Below the pieces are notes generated by a model that searched no databases, was not told where the DNA came from, and was given only the letters and a program-made list of their open reading frames with translations. From the IMG/VR virus record IMGVR_UViG_3300020419_000005: a stretch of DNA of 64,000 bases. One strand, written 5' to 3'. The stretch is from a virus. Shown in pieces: positions 44,622 to 54,503 of the stretch. Every line of letters begins with the position of its first letter. The stretch's first letter is position 1. The translations under genes and the position numbers were made by a program.

Positions 44622-45311
44622 CTAACTGAGGGTTACTTTCTCATCTACGTAATTATTTGAAGTCCAATCTCCCTGTGTGTTTATCTTTGCTTCCATACGT
44701 ATTCTCTCAACTTGGAACTGAACATCTAACTTCATCAGTTGTGTCTGTTGATTATTAAACTTCATTGTACTTACATTAGTAGGGAAACAATTAAATGCAG
44801 TCCAACTTGCAGTTACTTTGTTCAATCTTGTCTGTCCTATTACCTTTCCGTTTTGATTTATACCTCTAAGCACATCATTAGATCCTCCTTCATACTTATC
44901 AATGTGTATGTCTGCTACATAATCCTCATAAAACATTGATCTATTCTCTGAGTCTCTACTTATGATTTGAATCCAACGATCAAAAACATACCTTGGCCAC
45001 TGATTTATTGGGACTATGAACTGTATGTTCATCTCAGTTGTCTGTTGGAACGTAGCATACTTTCTTTGAATACCAAAGTTATTTACAGCACCAGTCATTA
45101 ATGCTCTTGATGGAATTGTTACTTCATCTGCAAGATAATCTACAGCGTCCATCCATTCTCTTAATTCTACTTGTCCACTTGGTCCTAAAGTATTCGCAGT
45201 ATTTGCCAACACAAAACGAGGAGGTTGTATTGAAACCTCGAATAGGTTAGTCTTGGAGGGTCCATAGTTACCCTTACTTAGAAAATTCTGAAAACCTTTA
45301 AAATTTCTCAT
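44622..45311 (-). CDS. tail tube initiator-like protein (gp54/gp19 fold)
   Basis: NLFEV..VTIPSR..FDRWI..YEDY..NCFP..L.VQF. Confidence 0.65.
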   Translation of the reverse strand: MRNFKGFQNFLSKGNYGPSKTNLFEVSIQPPRFVLANTANTLGPSGQVELREWMDAVDYLADEVTIPSRALMTGAVNNFGIQRKYATFQQTTEMNIQFIVPINQWPRYVFDRWIQIISRDSENRSMFYEDYVADIHIDKYEGGSNDVLRGINQNGKVIGQTRLNKVTASWTAFNCFPTNVSTMKFNNQQTQLMKLDVQFQVERIRMEAKINTQGDWTSNNYVDEKVTLS

Positions 45312-45781
45312 CTTTTTAGTGCTAATTGCGTTGGCATAGGTCTGTCCATATTATTAATAGTTACATAAAATTGTTCTAAGGGCATCAAACCTATATCTGC
45401 CCAATCAGATTCTGGTATGTCTAATAAAGCACCACGCACTCTATTCCTCAAGTATTTATGCACGGTAATGGCAAAAATGTCACCTGATATAGAATTACCT
45501 GCTGCTAATGCTTCACCCATCGCTGTGCGTTCCAATGGCATTACATAATGTAGGTTAGCACCCCAGAAATGATTAGCATCTTCATTCATAATGTAAACTA
45601 ATGGAAACGCATCCCAATGATACATTTTTTCTTTATATTTTGGGTTTGGATAGTCAAAAAACACCATCCTACCTACCTCTGGTTGAACGTAAGTGTTGAG
45701 AGTAGTTCTTAACTTGTTTCTCCACCACTGTTTAGTTCTACCACCAGTTTGTGCTGCTTTTAGGTCGGTGAATGTACTCAT
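45308..45781 (-). CDS. gp2: DNA end protector
   Basis: GRMVFFDY..K..WDAFPLV..FWGANLHY..HKYL. Confidence 0.85.
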   Translation of the reverse strand: MSTFTDLKAAQTGGRTKQWWRNKLRTTLNTYVQPEVGRMVFFDYPNPKYKEKMYHWDAFPLVYIMNEDANHFWGANLHYVMPLERTAMGEALAAGNSISGDIFAITVHKYLRNRVRGALLDIPESDWADIGLMPLEQFYVTINNMDRPMPTQLALKR

Positions 45782-46218
45782 ACCTTTAGTTCCTTTTCGG
45801 TAAGTATCATAAATACCATTTGACGGTCTTTACAATAATCTCTTGCTGCTTTCCACTTTGCATCATTAACAGCGTAAGTTCTTACTTCATTCAGATACCT
45901 CTTTGTACGTCGCTGTTGTTTCTTAGGTGTCTGTGTCTGCTTAAGAGGTTTGACCTCGATAATAAGTCTCGTCTTCCTCCCTGCTTTTGTCCTTGCTCTG
46001 ACGTAAAAATCTGGAAAATAGCGATGAACCCTACCATCAACAGGACTGATGTACGGGATAATAATTTCTTCACTGCCCCACTCCTCCACGTTTCTATTAC
46101 GGTCACACCATACCATAAACTTCCTTTCCCACAAACTTCTATAAATAATGTTAGTAGGATCCCCTTTATATTTTCCAGGGTAACTTGGTTTGAATTTTCC
46201 TGAGTAACTTTTAGTCAT
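45778..46218 (-). CDS. gp4: head completion nuclease
   Basis: KYKGDPTNIIYRSLWE..WGSEE..HRYFPDF..IEVKP. Confidence 0.9.
   Translation of the reverse strand: MTKSYSGKFKPSYPGKYKGDPTNIIYRSLWERKFMVWCDRNRNVEEWGSEEIIIPYISPVDGRVHRYFPDFYVRARTKAGRKTRLIIEVKPLKQTQTPKKQQRRTKRYLNEVRTYAVNDAKWKAARDYCKDRQMVFMILTEKELKV
46140..46147 (+). promoter_or_regulatory. late promoter for gp48-gp53
   Basis: TATAAATA inside gp4 on the opposite strand. Confidence 0.65.
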
Positions 46219-46224
46219 AAACAA

Positions 46225-47268
46225 ATGCCATTAGTATATCCTAGATCAATTCCTGGTAGTTCTCTCAACGTATCTGCACAAGATAGTTTTGAGACCAGTT
46301 TTGTTGACTACTTACAAATAAAAATTTATAATTCAAAGTCAGGTAATCCATACTCTTACATTGGTAATAGCGGTAATTACGGAACAGGACACGTCCTTGG
46401 TGGTGGTTCAGAGACTGAAGGTTCTCTGTCTGAAACTATTTATCTATATTTACCACAACAATTAAAGGAACAATACTCTACACAATATCAACGAACAACT
46501 CTAGGTGCAGGTGGTGTCGGTGCATTAGATGCAGTTGCAACAGCAGCAGCAGGAGGAGAGACAGATTTAGTAGAGTCACTTAAAACAACAGCAGGTGCAG
46601 CAAAACCTCAGTTTGTTATGGATAAAATTGCTGCTGCTGTAGGTACAATAAACACTGCATTAGGAGCAAGTGGTACTAACTTAGATGCAAATAGTATTGG
46701 TGCTCTAGTAAAAAAGAAAGTATTTAATCCATATCAAGAGACAACATTTCGTGGTACAAACTATCGTACACATTCATTTTCTTTTGAGTGTCAACCACGT
46801 AGTTCAAGAGAATCTAATGAGTTATATAATATACTGAATAAACTTCGTAGAGCAATGTTACCTTCAATGCAAGATGGGGAAACAGGAGACTTCACAACAC
46901 AAGGAGATCAAGCAGGAACAAGTGAAGGAGATAATATAGTTAATGATATAGTAAGTGGATCAGCACCTGGTCGTTGGTTGCAGATACCTGATTACTTTAG
47001 ACTTGACATCATTCGTGTAGAAGGCACACCAAATGCTGACGGTGAGATAGAACTAACTGGTACTTCTCCTAGAGGTTTGAAAAGAATTATGCAATTCCCT
47101 ACTAAATTAGTATTAAAGGATTTGAATATCAACTTATCACCCAATGGTCCATACAACTCATTGAAAGATGCGTTTGATAGTTCTGTTGATTATGGTCCTG
47201 CTTCATTCACAATGACTCTCACATTTGATGAGACTGCATTCCTTACTAGAGAATCACTTACACAGTAA
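46225..47268 (+). CDS. gp48: baseplate tail tube cap
   Basis: IYLYLP..NPYQE..F.G..R..SFSF..P.S..E; adjacent to gp53. Confidence 0.8.
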   Translation: MPLVYPRSIPGSSLNVSAQDSFETSFVDYLQIKIYNSKSGNPYSYIGNSGNYGTGHVLGGGSETEGSLSETIYLYLPQQLKEQYSTQYQRTTLGAGGVGALDAVATAAAGGETDLVESLKTTAGAAKPQFVMDKIAAAVGTINTALGASGTNLDANSIGALVKKKVFNPYQETTFRGTNYRTHSFSFECQPRSSRESNELYNILNKLRRAMLPSMQDGETGDFTTQGDQAGTSEGDNIVNDIVSGSAPGRWLQIPDYFRLDIIRVEGTPNADGEIELTGTSPRGLKRIMQFPTKLVLKDLNINLSPNGPYNSLKDAFDSSVDYGPASFTMTLTFDETAFLTRESLTQ

Positions 47269-48263
47269 TGGCATACTTTAAATACCTACCCAAAGTTTAC
47301 GTTAGAAATAAAACTAGAGTTGATGGTGGACAACCATACGAACTCGCAGTAAATATTTTTAGACGTATCAAAATTAGAGATGATCTACAAGGTTCATTGC
47401 TTGGATTTATTCAGTATGAAATACAAGATGGAACAAGACCAGATCAAGTTGCATACGAGGTATATAAAGATGCAGGTCTTGACTGGGTAATTCTTCTAGT
47501 AAATAATATTATAAATGTTAATGATGATTGGCCAATGAATCGTGAGGATTTATATGGTTATGTTCAAGACAAATATGGTTCTATAGAAGGAGTAAAACAC
47601 TATGAAACGACCGAGTATAAGAGTCCTAGTCTTGATCTTGTCTTACTTCCTAGTGGGATTACTGTTTCGGAGTCTTACCAATACACGAAACCCGATGGCA
47701 CCATCCTTACTAAATCCCAATCTAGAACTCCTGTATCCTACTACGACTACGAAACCGCAGTAAATAATACTAAGAGAAATATATATCTTTTACGTCCACA
47801 ATATTTGACTGACTTTATTGCAGAATTTAAGAGATTAGCAAGGTATCTTCCTAATGCTGAGGTTGATGAGACTGGTAACAAGAAAACTAAAGGGTCTCTC
47901 GCTGAAGAATTTATTGGTCTACCTAGATACAATCGCCCAAGACAAAGCACTGCATCGACAGGTTCTGCATCTGGTGGTGGTTCATCTACAGCATTGATAG
48001 CATCAGGTGGTTCATCGGCAGCATCAACTACATCAACAGCAACCACATCAACAGGTGTAACGTTAAGTACAACAGATTCAAATGCCTCTTCCGCAACGAC
48101 TTATAATAATACATCATCTACTGATAGTTCTACCTCGTCAAGTAGTTCATCGTCTTCGTCCTCGTCCTCTTCGAGCAGCAGTAGTTCTTCTAGTAGTAGT
48201 TCTAGTAGTAGCGGGTCTAGTGGATCAAGTGGGTCAAGTGGTGGATACGGAGGAGGGTACTAA
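47268..48263 (+). CDS. gp53: baseplate wedge subunit with Ser-rich tail
   Basis: YF..LP..Y..RPDQVA..Y..LDWVILL.N..WP..HYET..YE...N..KR.I.LL. Confidence 0.9.
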   Translation: MAYFKYLPKVYVRNKTRVDGGQPYELAVNIFRRIKIRDDLQGSLLGFIQYEIQDGTRPDQVAYEVYKDAGLDWVILLVNNIINVNDDWPMNREDLYGYVQDKYGSIEGVKHYETTEYKSPSLDLVLLPSGITVSESYQYTKPDGTILTKSQSRTPVSYYDYETAVNNTKRNIYLLRPQYLTDFIAEFKRLARYLPNAEVDETGNKKTKGSLAEEFIGLPRYNRPRQSTASTGSASGGGSSTALIASGGSSAASTTSTATTSTGVTLSTTDSNASSATTYNNTSSTDSSTSSSSSSSSSSSSSSSSSSSSSSSSSSGSSGSSGSSGGYGGGY

Positions 48264-48505
48264 TCCAAACAATACTCCAACGCTTTTTTAGCAGTGTCTT
48301 TTAACCTTGGTCTCTTCCAAGAAGCATAAGGAATAGTCACTAAAAATCCCAGAAGATCCGCATCAGGGTCCTCTGGGATTCCTATTGGTTCAACAAAAAA
48401 TATACCTGCTCTCGCTACAGTCTTCCACTTACCCACATCGACAAATCCCAACCCTCTCAACGCACATTCTAGTTTGAGAGAGTAGCATCCGTCGATTAAT
48501 TTCAT
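48260..48505 (-). CDS. hypothetical protein
   Basis: ORF track. Confidence 0.7.
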   Translation of the reverse strand: MKLIDGCYSLKLECALRGLGFVDVGKWKTVARAGIFFVEPIGIPEDPDADLLGFLVTIPYASWKRPRLKDTAKKALEYCLD

Positions 48506-48814
48506 TTAGAAACACCAGTTGTCGTCTTTGTAAAAATAACAAGGGACTCCGTGTTGATTGTGTTTATTCGGAACAAACACAGGTGTCCTAGGGGTCCAAC
48601 CGTAATGATGATGATGGTGATAGTCTCCGTAGTTTGGTCTCTTACGGACAGGACGATACCAACAGTTCCAAGTTTCAAACAACTTATCAAATGAACAGTG
48701 CGAAGGTTCTACTTCAAACTGTCCGCTTTTTAATGGACCACGTTGACTGTGGTGTGCTGATGCTGCTTGAGGTGTAGCAAGTGCTGCTACTAGCATAAGT
48801 GGGAGGATTTTCAT
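48506..48814 (-). CDS. secreted His/Cys-rich protein
   Basis: Signal peptide ending ASA; HHHHH tract; 4 Cys. Confidence 0.65.
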   Translation of the reverse strand: MKILPLMLVAALATPQAASAHHSQRGPLKSGQFEVEPSHCSFDKLFETWNCWYRPVRKRPNYGDYHHHHHYGWTPRTPVFVPNKHNQHGVPCYFYKDDNWCF

Positions 48815-49410
48815 AATGTAACCTCGTTTCCGTGTTCTGTACCTATTATACCACGAATGAACACATCATATGCTATACATAGTCGCCAGTTTGTAGACTG
48901 GTTGCGTTCTGCCCTATGAACTAACTGTGATGGGAACATCAAGAGAGTTCCAGGTTCGGGTAGAATAGAAAATTGTTTAGCAGTTGCAGGAACAAACCCT
49001 ACAGTATCTGGTTCTAATGTGGGAACAAAACAGTTCTGATAGTGTGCTCCTTTATTAAAGAACAACCTACCACTCTCAGGGTCACACATTATATAGTAAA
49101 CACCACTCATTACAGCGTTACTATGTGAATGCCAATCACAACTGTCTCCAGGTTTATGTGATGCTGCCCAAGACCTTACGATTTCTAATTCAGTTGTGGT
49201 CTTGATTAATAGTGTATTGTAACACCAATCCTCTACCTGTTTCTGTATCTTATTATATACAGCAGGAAGAAAGTTTAATATATTTTTTTCTTTAGTAATA
49301 CTTTTTGTCTCAAACCTGTCCCACTCTTGTTGATCGAGAATAGAAAGGGTGCCTTCTGGCACCCCAATATTTTCTTGAAAGACAGGAGTTGGAAATAACT
49401 CGTGCATCAT
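48811..49410 (-). CDS. 2OG-Fe(II) oxygenase (TIGR02466-like)
   Basis: LFPTPV..HSH.N..SGVYY..LLMFPSQLVH..R..IAYD. Confidence 0.85.
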   Translation of the reverse strand: MMHELFPTPVFQENIGVPEGTLSILDQQEWDRFETKSITKEKNILNFLPAVYNKIQKQVEDWCYNTLLIKTTTELEIVRSWAASHKPGDSCDWHSHSNAVMSGVYYIMCDPESGRLFFNKGAHYQNCFVPTLEPDTVGFVPATAKQFSILPEPGTLLMFPSQLVHRAERNQSTNWRLCIAYDVFIRGIIGTEHGNEVTL

Positions 49411-49423
49411 AGGGTATCAATCC

Positions 49424-50338
49424 CTAATCTTCTTCTGCGAGTTTCTGGAAGAAACTTAACGCATCGTCTTCATCTTCTTTAGCAGTTGTTGCAGGTGCAA
49501 CAGTTTTTGCTGCTGAGAATGACTCAACCTCTTCTTTCCAGTTCGTGTTTGGAACTGGGGTTTCGATGATTGGTTCGTTGAATGAAGTTGGTTGTACTGG
49601 TTGTCCGAGAACCGCCTTAAGACGTGCTTCCAACTCTTCATAAGATTTGAAATTAGATTCATCAGTAAACTCCTTAAGAGAGTAACTACTGTTATAAATC
49701 TCCTCTAACTTAGAATCGTCAAAGTTACCTAGAGTTGATGGTCCATTGAAAGATGAATCATCATAGTTCCAGTAACCTGCTACCTGTTTGATCTTTAATT
49801 TAAAGTCAGCACCTTTCCAAAGGTCAAAAGGATTGATTGCGGGTTGCGGATCATAATCGTTTTGATCTGGTTGCATACGTGCTGTAAGTTTATCAAAGAT
49901 ACGCTTACCAAATTTGTATAAGAATACTTGACCTTCATTCTCTGGGTTTAGAGGGTCTTTGATAACGTAGATGTTTGTGTAGTAAGAAAGTTTTCTCTTT
50001 TGCTTACGTGCTATCTCTTTGTCTGATTCTTTTCCACTATTCCAGAGCATAGAATTGTGTGCACTAATAGGGCATTTCTTTCCTAAAGTAGTCAAAGAAT
50101 TCTCAATGAACCAACCACCAGGACCTTGGAATGCGTGACTCCAAACTTGTGCCCAAGGCAGTTCACTCTCTCCTTGTGGAGGAACAAAACGAATGATAGC
50201 AAAACCATTACCTGACTTATCAACACCTGGTTTCCAGAAACGGTCGTCAGATTTTTTACCGTTACTATTTAATTTGTTGATCTCTTTTGTTAGATCAGCA
50301 AACTTGCCAGATGATTTTTTTAAACTTGCGAATGACAT
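49424..50338 (-). CDS. gp32: single-stranded DNA-binding protein
   Basis: MSFASLKK..DDRFWK..DKSGNG.A.IRF..ENSLTT..FLYKFGK.IFDK..NYD.S; acidic tail. Confidence 0.95.
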   Translation of the reverse strand: MSFASLKKSSGKFADLTKEINKLNSNGKKSDDRFWKPGVDKSGNGFAIIRFVPPQGESELPWAQVWSHAFQGPGGWFIENSLTTLGKKCPISAHNSMLWNSGKESDKEIARKQKRKLSYYTNIYVIKDPLNPENEGQVFLYKFGKRIFDKLTARMQPDQNDYDPQPAINPFDLWKGADFKLKIKQVAGYWNYDDSSFNGPSTLGNFDDSKLEEIYNSSYSLKEFTDESNFKSYEELEARLKAVLGQPVQPTSFNEPIIETPVPNTNWKEEVESFSAAKTVAPATTAKEDEDDALSFFQKLAEED

Positions 50339-50394
50339 AATTAGTCTGTTGTTTGTGTGTTGTATGTTTTTACTACCCCATAAGGGTAACACAA

Positions 50395-50736
50395 TTATTT
50401 ATTCGCGTCAAGTTCTCTTCTCCAACCGTGTAAGCGTTTCTCCATATCTTCTAAGACTTCTTGTATTTGCTTGCCACCACTATAGATTTGAGTCATTTGA
50501 TCTATACGAATCTTAACCTCTCCTGCTTCTTGATCTTCTAATGCCATCAATGCTAGTCTAGCATAGAATACTTTTTGTTTGGCAATGAGTTCTAATGTTT
50601 TTTCTATGTGTGTCTTCTTATCATCAGGTTTCATTTGAGGATAAGTTACAGACAAATCATACAAATCTTTATAGAGTTGTTGCATATTTGCTAACTCTTC
50701 TTTGATTACATCTGATTCATAAAATGGGTCGGTCAT
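50395..50736 (-). CDS. DUF1825-like protein
   Basis: F.ES..I..E..L..KQK.FY.RL.L. Confidence 0.7.
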   Translation of the reverse strand: MTDPFYESDVIKEELANMQQLYKDLYDLSVTYPQMKPDDKKTHIEKTLELIAKQKVFYARLALMALEDQEAGEVKIRIDQMTQIYSGGKQIQEVLEDMEKRLHGWRRELDANK

Positions 50737-50978
50737 AGTGGTAGTACTCCTCTGCTAGTTTTCTTTACGTAATTTAATTGCTGTGCATTATATTTAATCT
50801 TATCCTTAAGAGGACGAGAGATTAGTTTGTTTACAGTTTCAATTTCAATTTCATATTCATCACAGACAACTACGACTGCATCAATATAATTGGTTAGACC
50901 GTTGCTATTTTTAACAACATCCTCTACCATTCCTGAGAACTTCGCTTGTGTCATAAATTTGTCTTTGAATTCTTTCAT
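50733..50978 (-). CDS. gp33: late transcription coactivator
   Basis: YIDAVV..C....IE.E...KLIS.PLK.KI...A..LNY.K.TSR..LP. Confidence 0.9.
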   Translation of the reverse strand: MKEFKDKFMTQAKFSGMVEDVVKNSNGLTNYIDAVVVVCDEYEIEIETVNKLISRPLKDKIKYNAQQLNYVKKTSRGVLPL

Positions 50979-51655
50979 TTGATTGTAGACATAAAGTCAT
51001 CGATATAAGATCTAAGAAGGTCATAGTAGTGATCAGGATTCTTTTCAAAGACTTGAATAGTACCATCTTCTACTGCAACAATAGTAACGATCTTGTTGAT
51101 AGGAACACCACATCTTTCGTAATACATAACTGCATAAGCAGTTTCTTGAACAAAATAATTCTCAATCCACATTTCTTTCTTAGGTTTCGTTGACGTTTTA
51201 AAGTCAATGACAGATAGTTCACCGTCAAACTCTGCTATGCAGTCAACGCGACCAGAAATGCGAAGATAATCACTGAAGAGACAACTCTCCAAGAGGTGTA
51301 TGTTATTGATCCTATTAAGTTCCTCACGGGAGGACTGAAAAAGATAAGTAGCAAGAGGATTAGTTTCATCGAATGCAACTGGTTCGTTCTTCAAGTAACA
51401 TTCTACCATACTATGAAACTTATTGCCACGTGAACAAGCAGCAGTTGAAATCTTTGTTGCTTGTTTTTCTCCTACTCTTTTTCTCCACTTAATAATAGAA
51501 TCCTTCTTACGATGACTTGTGATAGTCGTGATAGAAGGATACCATTTGTTCTCTGCAACTTCATAGAGTCTTAAACCAGACTTCTTTGTCACAGAGTTTA
51601 TTTCATTGACAGGTTTAGGTGGACCTACAGTTTTAAATAATGTTTTAGAGACCAA
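50975..51655 (-). CDS. PD-(D/E)XK exonuclease
   Basis: YPSITT..RG..FH..E..GRVDCIAE..IDFKTS..Q..AYA. Confidence 0.85.
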   Translation of the reverse strand: MVSKTLFKTVGPPKPVNEINSVTKKSGLRLYEVAENKWYPSITTITSHRKKDSIIKWRKRVGEKQATKISTAACSRGNKFHSMVECYLKNEPVAFDETNPLATYLFQSSREELNRINNIHLLESCLFSDYLRISGRVDCIAEFDGELSVIDFKTSTKPKKEMWIENYFVQETAYAVMYYERCGVPINKIVTIVAVEDGTIQVFEKNPDHYYDLLRSYIDDFMSTIK

Positions 51656-52397
51656 GGTTCACCTTTGAAATTAAGTATTCTCTTACGAGACCAGACCTGA
51701 CAATATCTTCTATGCCAAATTCAACTGTGTCAAATGATGGCATTGTTTGCAAGATCTTCATAAAGTCTAGGACTCCATTCCTTTCATTGCTTTTAACTAA
51801 ATCAGATTGTGTGTAGTCACCTGAGAAAATAATCTTAGCGTTCTGACCTACACGAGTTATTATACTATCAAGTTCGTGAAAATTCAAGTTACTAAATTCA
51901 TCCACTATTATTACGCAGTTATCTAATGTAGTTCCACGGATGAATGATGTAGACCAGAAAGAAATAGTTTCTTGTGATCTTAAATTGTCATATAACATTT
52001 CAAATGCAGCATCATCAGGCATCTGAAACATATACTTTACCATATTTTTGTATGGTATTTGGTATAGATTTGATTTGTCCTCGTGATCTCCAGGAAGGAA
52101 ACCAATCTCTCTTGTAGGGACGAGAGACCTTACCATATAAACTTTATCATATGGTGTGGACTGATCTAATACTTCTTTGAGTGCCAAGTACAAACTAATA
52201 AAAGTTTTACCAGTACCCGCACAACCGTGTAGAACTAGGTTCTTGTTTTCAGCATAAGACTTGAAGACTATCTCTTGGTTGTCCCCAATGGGTTCGATCA
52301 CCTTGAGGTGATCCATATTAATAGGTTTCTTTCGTCTCATAAATTTAGCACTTCTGCTGTTGTTTTGAGAGGTTGTCTTTCGCTTTTTAACAGGCAT
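51645..52397 (-). CDS. phoH: PhoH-family ATPase
   Basis: GCAGTGKT, REIGFLPG, FIRG.T, IVDE, GD..QSDL. Confidence 0.95.
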   Translation of the reverse strand: MPVKKRKTTSQNNSRSAKFMRRKKPINMDHLKVIEPIGDNQEIVFKSYAENKNLVLHGCAGTGKTFISLYLALKEVLDQSTPYDKVYMVRSLVPTREIGFLPGDHEDKSNLYQIPYKNMVKYMFQMPDDAAFEMLYDNLRSQETISFWSTSFIRGTTLDNCVIIVDEFSNLNFHELDSIITRVGQNAKIIFSGDYTQSDLVKSNERNGVLDFMKILQTMPSFDTVEFGIEDIVRSGLVREYLISKVNLGL

Positions 52398-52399
52398 AA

Positions 52400-52630
52400 T
52401 TAAGTGTAGTTCGACAAGTTCGCAGCAGGATGGTCCGCTTGGATTTTAGACATTACTTCTTTAAATCCATCGGATTGTTTTGGTTTACCATACATCGTTG
52501 CAGGTGTTTGATTTCCAAAATACCTTTCCATTTCTGGGTGCTCGTCTTTATATTTATCGAGTTCTGCCATAGACATTTTTAACTCGATAATCTCACCAGT
52601 TTCTTTGTTTTTGAAGTCGTATGAGGGCAT
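52400..52630 (-). CDS. FmdB-like small protein
   Basis: MPSYDF....TGE..E; position next to phoH. Confidence 0.7.
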   Translation of the reverse strand: MPSYDFKNKETGEIIELKMSMAELDKYKDEHPEMERYFGNQTPATMYGKPKQSDGFKEVMSKIQADHPAANLSNYT

Positions 52631-52821
52631 TAATGTTTACGTAGTTTTTTAGTTTTGTGTCTTATGTATCTGACTTGAACATTAATTAAGTTAAGTCTTA
52701 CTTTTATTATAGCATACTTTAATTCTAATTTCACATAGTCTACTATTTTATAGAGAGATTCAAACCCATCTGTCAAAGCGATGAGCATTACAACTAACAA
52801 AAAAGTATAGAGTGTGTACAT
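52630..52821 (-). CDS. small membrane protein
   Basis: ORF track, start trimmed to MYTLY. Confidence 0.6.
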   Translation of the reverse strand: MYTLYTFLLVVMLIALTDGFESLYKIVDYVKLELKYAIIKVRLNLINVQVRYIRHKTKKLRKH

Positions 52822-53555
52822 TAGGGATTTATTTTGAGACAGGGTTGTAAGTCTCGCCAGTACTGTTCGTCTGAACATTCACAGTCATCTTCACACCATC
52901 CTAATGCTTTAGAAATGGTAGGAAAATTACATATGAAATGATCCTTACATAACATAGCAAGATCCATATGTTCTTTTTGTGTTCCGTGTCCAGTACGAAG
53001 TTCAATGTAATGAATCCAACTGCGAAGGGAACCAGTCATATAGATACGAGTCGGTGTTGCCAATGGCAATACAAACCTAGCACATTCTTTTGCTACACCT
53101 TTCTTTAGTAACATAGCATATACATCTTGAGAGTCTTTAAATAACTCTTCAATGATATGGTTCATTTTTTCTATGTCTTCTGGATCAAGATCGTCAATAG
53201 AATTTTGACGGTTCTTATCATCTTGACGACGTAGAGTTGGTACAGGAATTTTATCTGATAACAGATTTGTATCTGCATATCTCTGAGAAAATTCTTGATA
53301 TGTAAATGAACGATGACGAAGTATCTGTGCAGCGATTGCTCTTGTTGTGTTAATTTCAAGAGTCATTGTTGCTTGTTCAAACACCGACCAGTGACCGTGT
53401 TTAATACAATACTCTAATAGTTTTTCAACTTTAGGATTGTCTTGATTATTAGGATTAGATACTCTTGCTATGTATCCTATAGTTTTCTCAGCGTCAGGAG
53501 TTTTACTAATAAAACAAACTGATGCGTGAGACAAAGGTTTCATTGTACTATTCAT
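52821..53555 (-). CDS. thyX: flavin-dependent thymidylate synthase
   Basis: H.SVFE, RHRSFTYQEFSQRY, E.AR.VLP, TQKEH. Confidence 0.95.
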   Translation of the reverse strand: MNSTMKPLSHASVCFISKTPDAEKTIGYIARVSNPNNQDNPKVEKLLEYCIKHGHWSVFEQATMTLEINTTRAIAAQILRHRSFTYQEFSQRYADTNLLSDKIPVPTLRRQDDKNRQNSIDDLDPEDIEKMNHIIEELFKDSQDVYAMLLKKGVAKECARFVLPLATPTRIYMTGSLRSWIHYIELRTGHGTQKEHMDLAMLCKDHFICNFPTISKALGWCEDDCECSDEQYWRDLQPCLKINP

Positions 53556-53791
53556 TGACGAAAACATCTAGCGATTATAAGCAGACCAAATGATTGAAAG
53601 TAATTGATTGTTATCAAACCAAATAGAGTAGGCATAACAAAGTTCCAAGCAAACATTAGAACGAGAGGAGTTAAAAATACTGTTCCGATAAATTGTCCAA
53701 CATCCTCTGATGTAGGTTTAAACTTTTCTTCCTTTGGAGGTTCCTCTGGAGTCTTAGGTTCCTGTATTTTATCTACAGTATAGATTGTCAT
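53552..53791 (-). CDS. membrane protein
   Basis: LMFAWNFVMPTLFGL.TINYFQ. Confidence 0.7.
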   Translation of the reverse strand: MTIYTVDKIQEPKTPEEPPKEEKFKPTSEDVGQFIGTVFLTPLVLMFAWNFVMPTLFGLITINYFQSFGLLIIARCFRQ

Positions 53792-54069
53792 CCTCTTCTT
53801 TTTCTTTTGGTTTTCTTGTCTTTGTCTGCCTCCTGTGGATTTTTCCATAATTTAGGGTTTACAATTCCTTGTGACTGTTTGAACCATTTAAAGTCCTTCT
53901 TATACTTATCATAATAATGGTTAAACATCTCCACTTGTGACATTGGTATGGCAATATCATAACATTCCTCACCATTCTCAATGTAATGGACAAGATATGC
54001 TGTGTACGGTAATGTTTTGTCTTCAGCGTCTGCGACACTGCACTTTTGTTTTAGGACGTTCAAGTTCAA
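53788..54069 (-). CDS. conserved cyanophage hypothetical protein
   Basis: LPYTAYLV.Y..YDI..F..YYDKYK..Q..G..NPKLW. Confidence 0.8.
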   Translation of the reverse strand: MNLNVLKQKCSVADAEDKTLPYTAYLVHYIENGEECYDIAIPMSQVEMFNHYYDKYKKDFKWFKQSQGIVNPKLWKNPQEADKDKKTKRKRRG

Positions 54070-54500
54070 CTCCGATTACCCCATACTATAGTGGGGAATG
54101 CTGTTTCGACAACTGCTTTAGTAATTCTATAGCGTTTGCCAAGTTGTTTATCCTTTACTAGACAAAGAACCTTTGCTTCATCTTCGTGTAACCCTTCTAA
54201 CATTTGGATAAACATATTCTCTTTCTTCATAGAAGGAAGGTTGTCTGCTCCACCTTTAATAAAGTAATAGAACTTACGTGCTTCTTTTTCAAGGAGTGTA
54301 TGTTCTGTACCCATAGGTGCAGGGTTAGGTCTGTAAGGTACATCACCATCTGGTATTGCTGAGACAACACTGTCATCATAGTTCCAGATGAATAGAGAAC
54401 GAAGTGCTTGACTATTGTTCTCTTGAAGGACTTTCACCTTCTCTGATTTTGTTTTGGCATTGTGTGCCTTTTGCAAAATTTCTGCGATAGTAAGTTTCAT
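54066..54500 (-). CDS. conserved T4-like hypothetical protein
   Basis: EILQK..K..L..P.G.VPY..E.MFIQ.LEGLH..EA. Confidence 0.8.
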   Translation of the reverse strand: MKLTIAEILQKAHNAKTKSEKVKVLQENNSQALRSLFIWNYDDSVVSAIPDGDVPYRPNPAPMGTEHTLLEKEARKFYYFIKGGADNLPSMKKENMFIQMLEGLHEDEAKVLCLVKDKQLGKRYRITKAVVETAFPTIVWGNRS

Positions 54501-54503
54501 AAC

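Noticed and set aside
48130-48215. Microsatellite or contingency locus in gp53
   Set aside because: Mixed Ser codons with no long perfect nucleotide repeat.
50975-51655. Cas4-like exonuclease as a CRISPR component
   Set aside because: Sits in the usual T4-like cyanophage core position between phoH and gp33, lacks a 4-Cys cluster, and has no array.
1651-53359. Same-strand nested alternative-frame ORFs (1651, 22695, 22995, 23867, 29695, 45891, 48502, 49456, 53171)
   Set aside because: Contained within, or almost wholly overlapping, better-supported genes; no independent signals.
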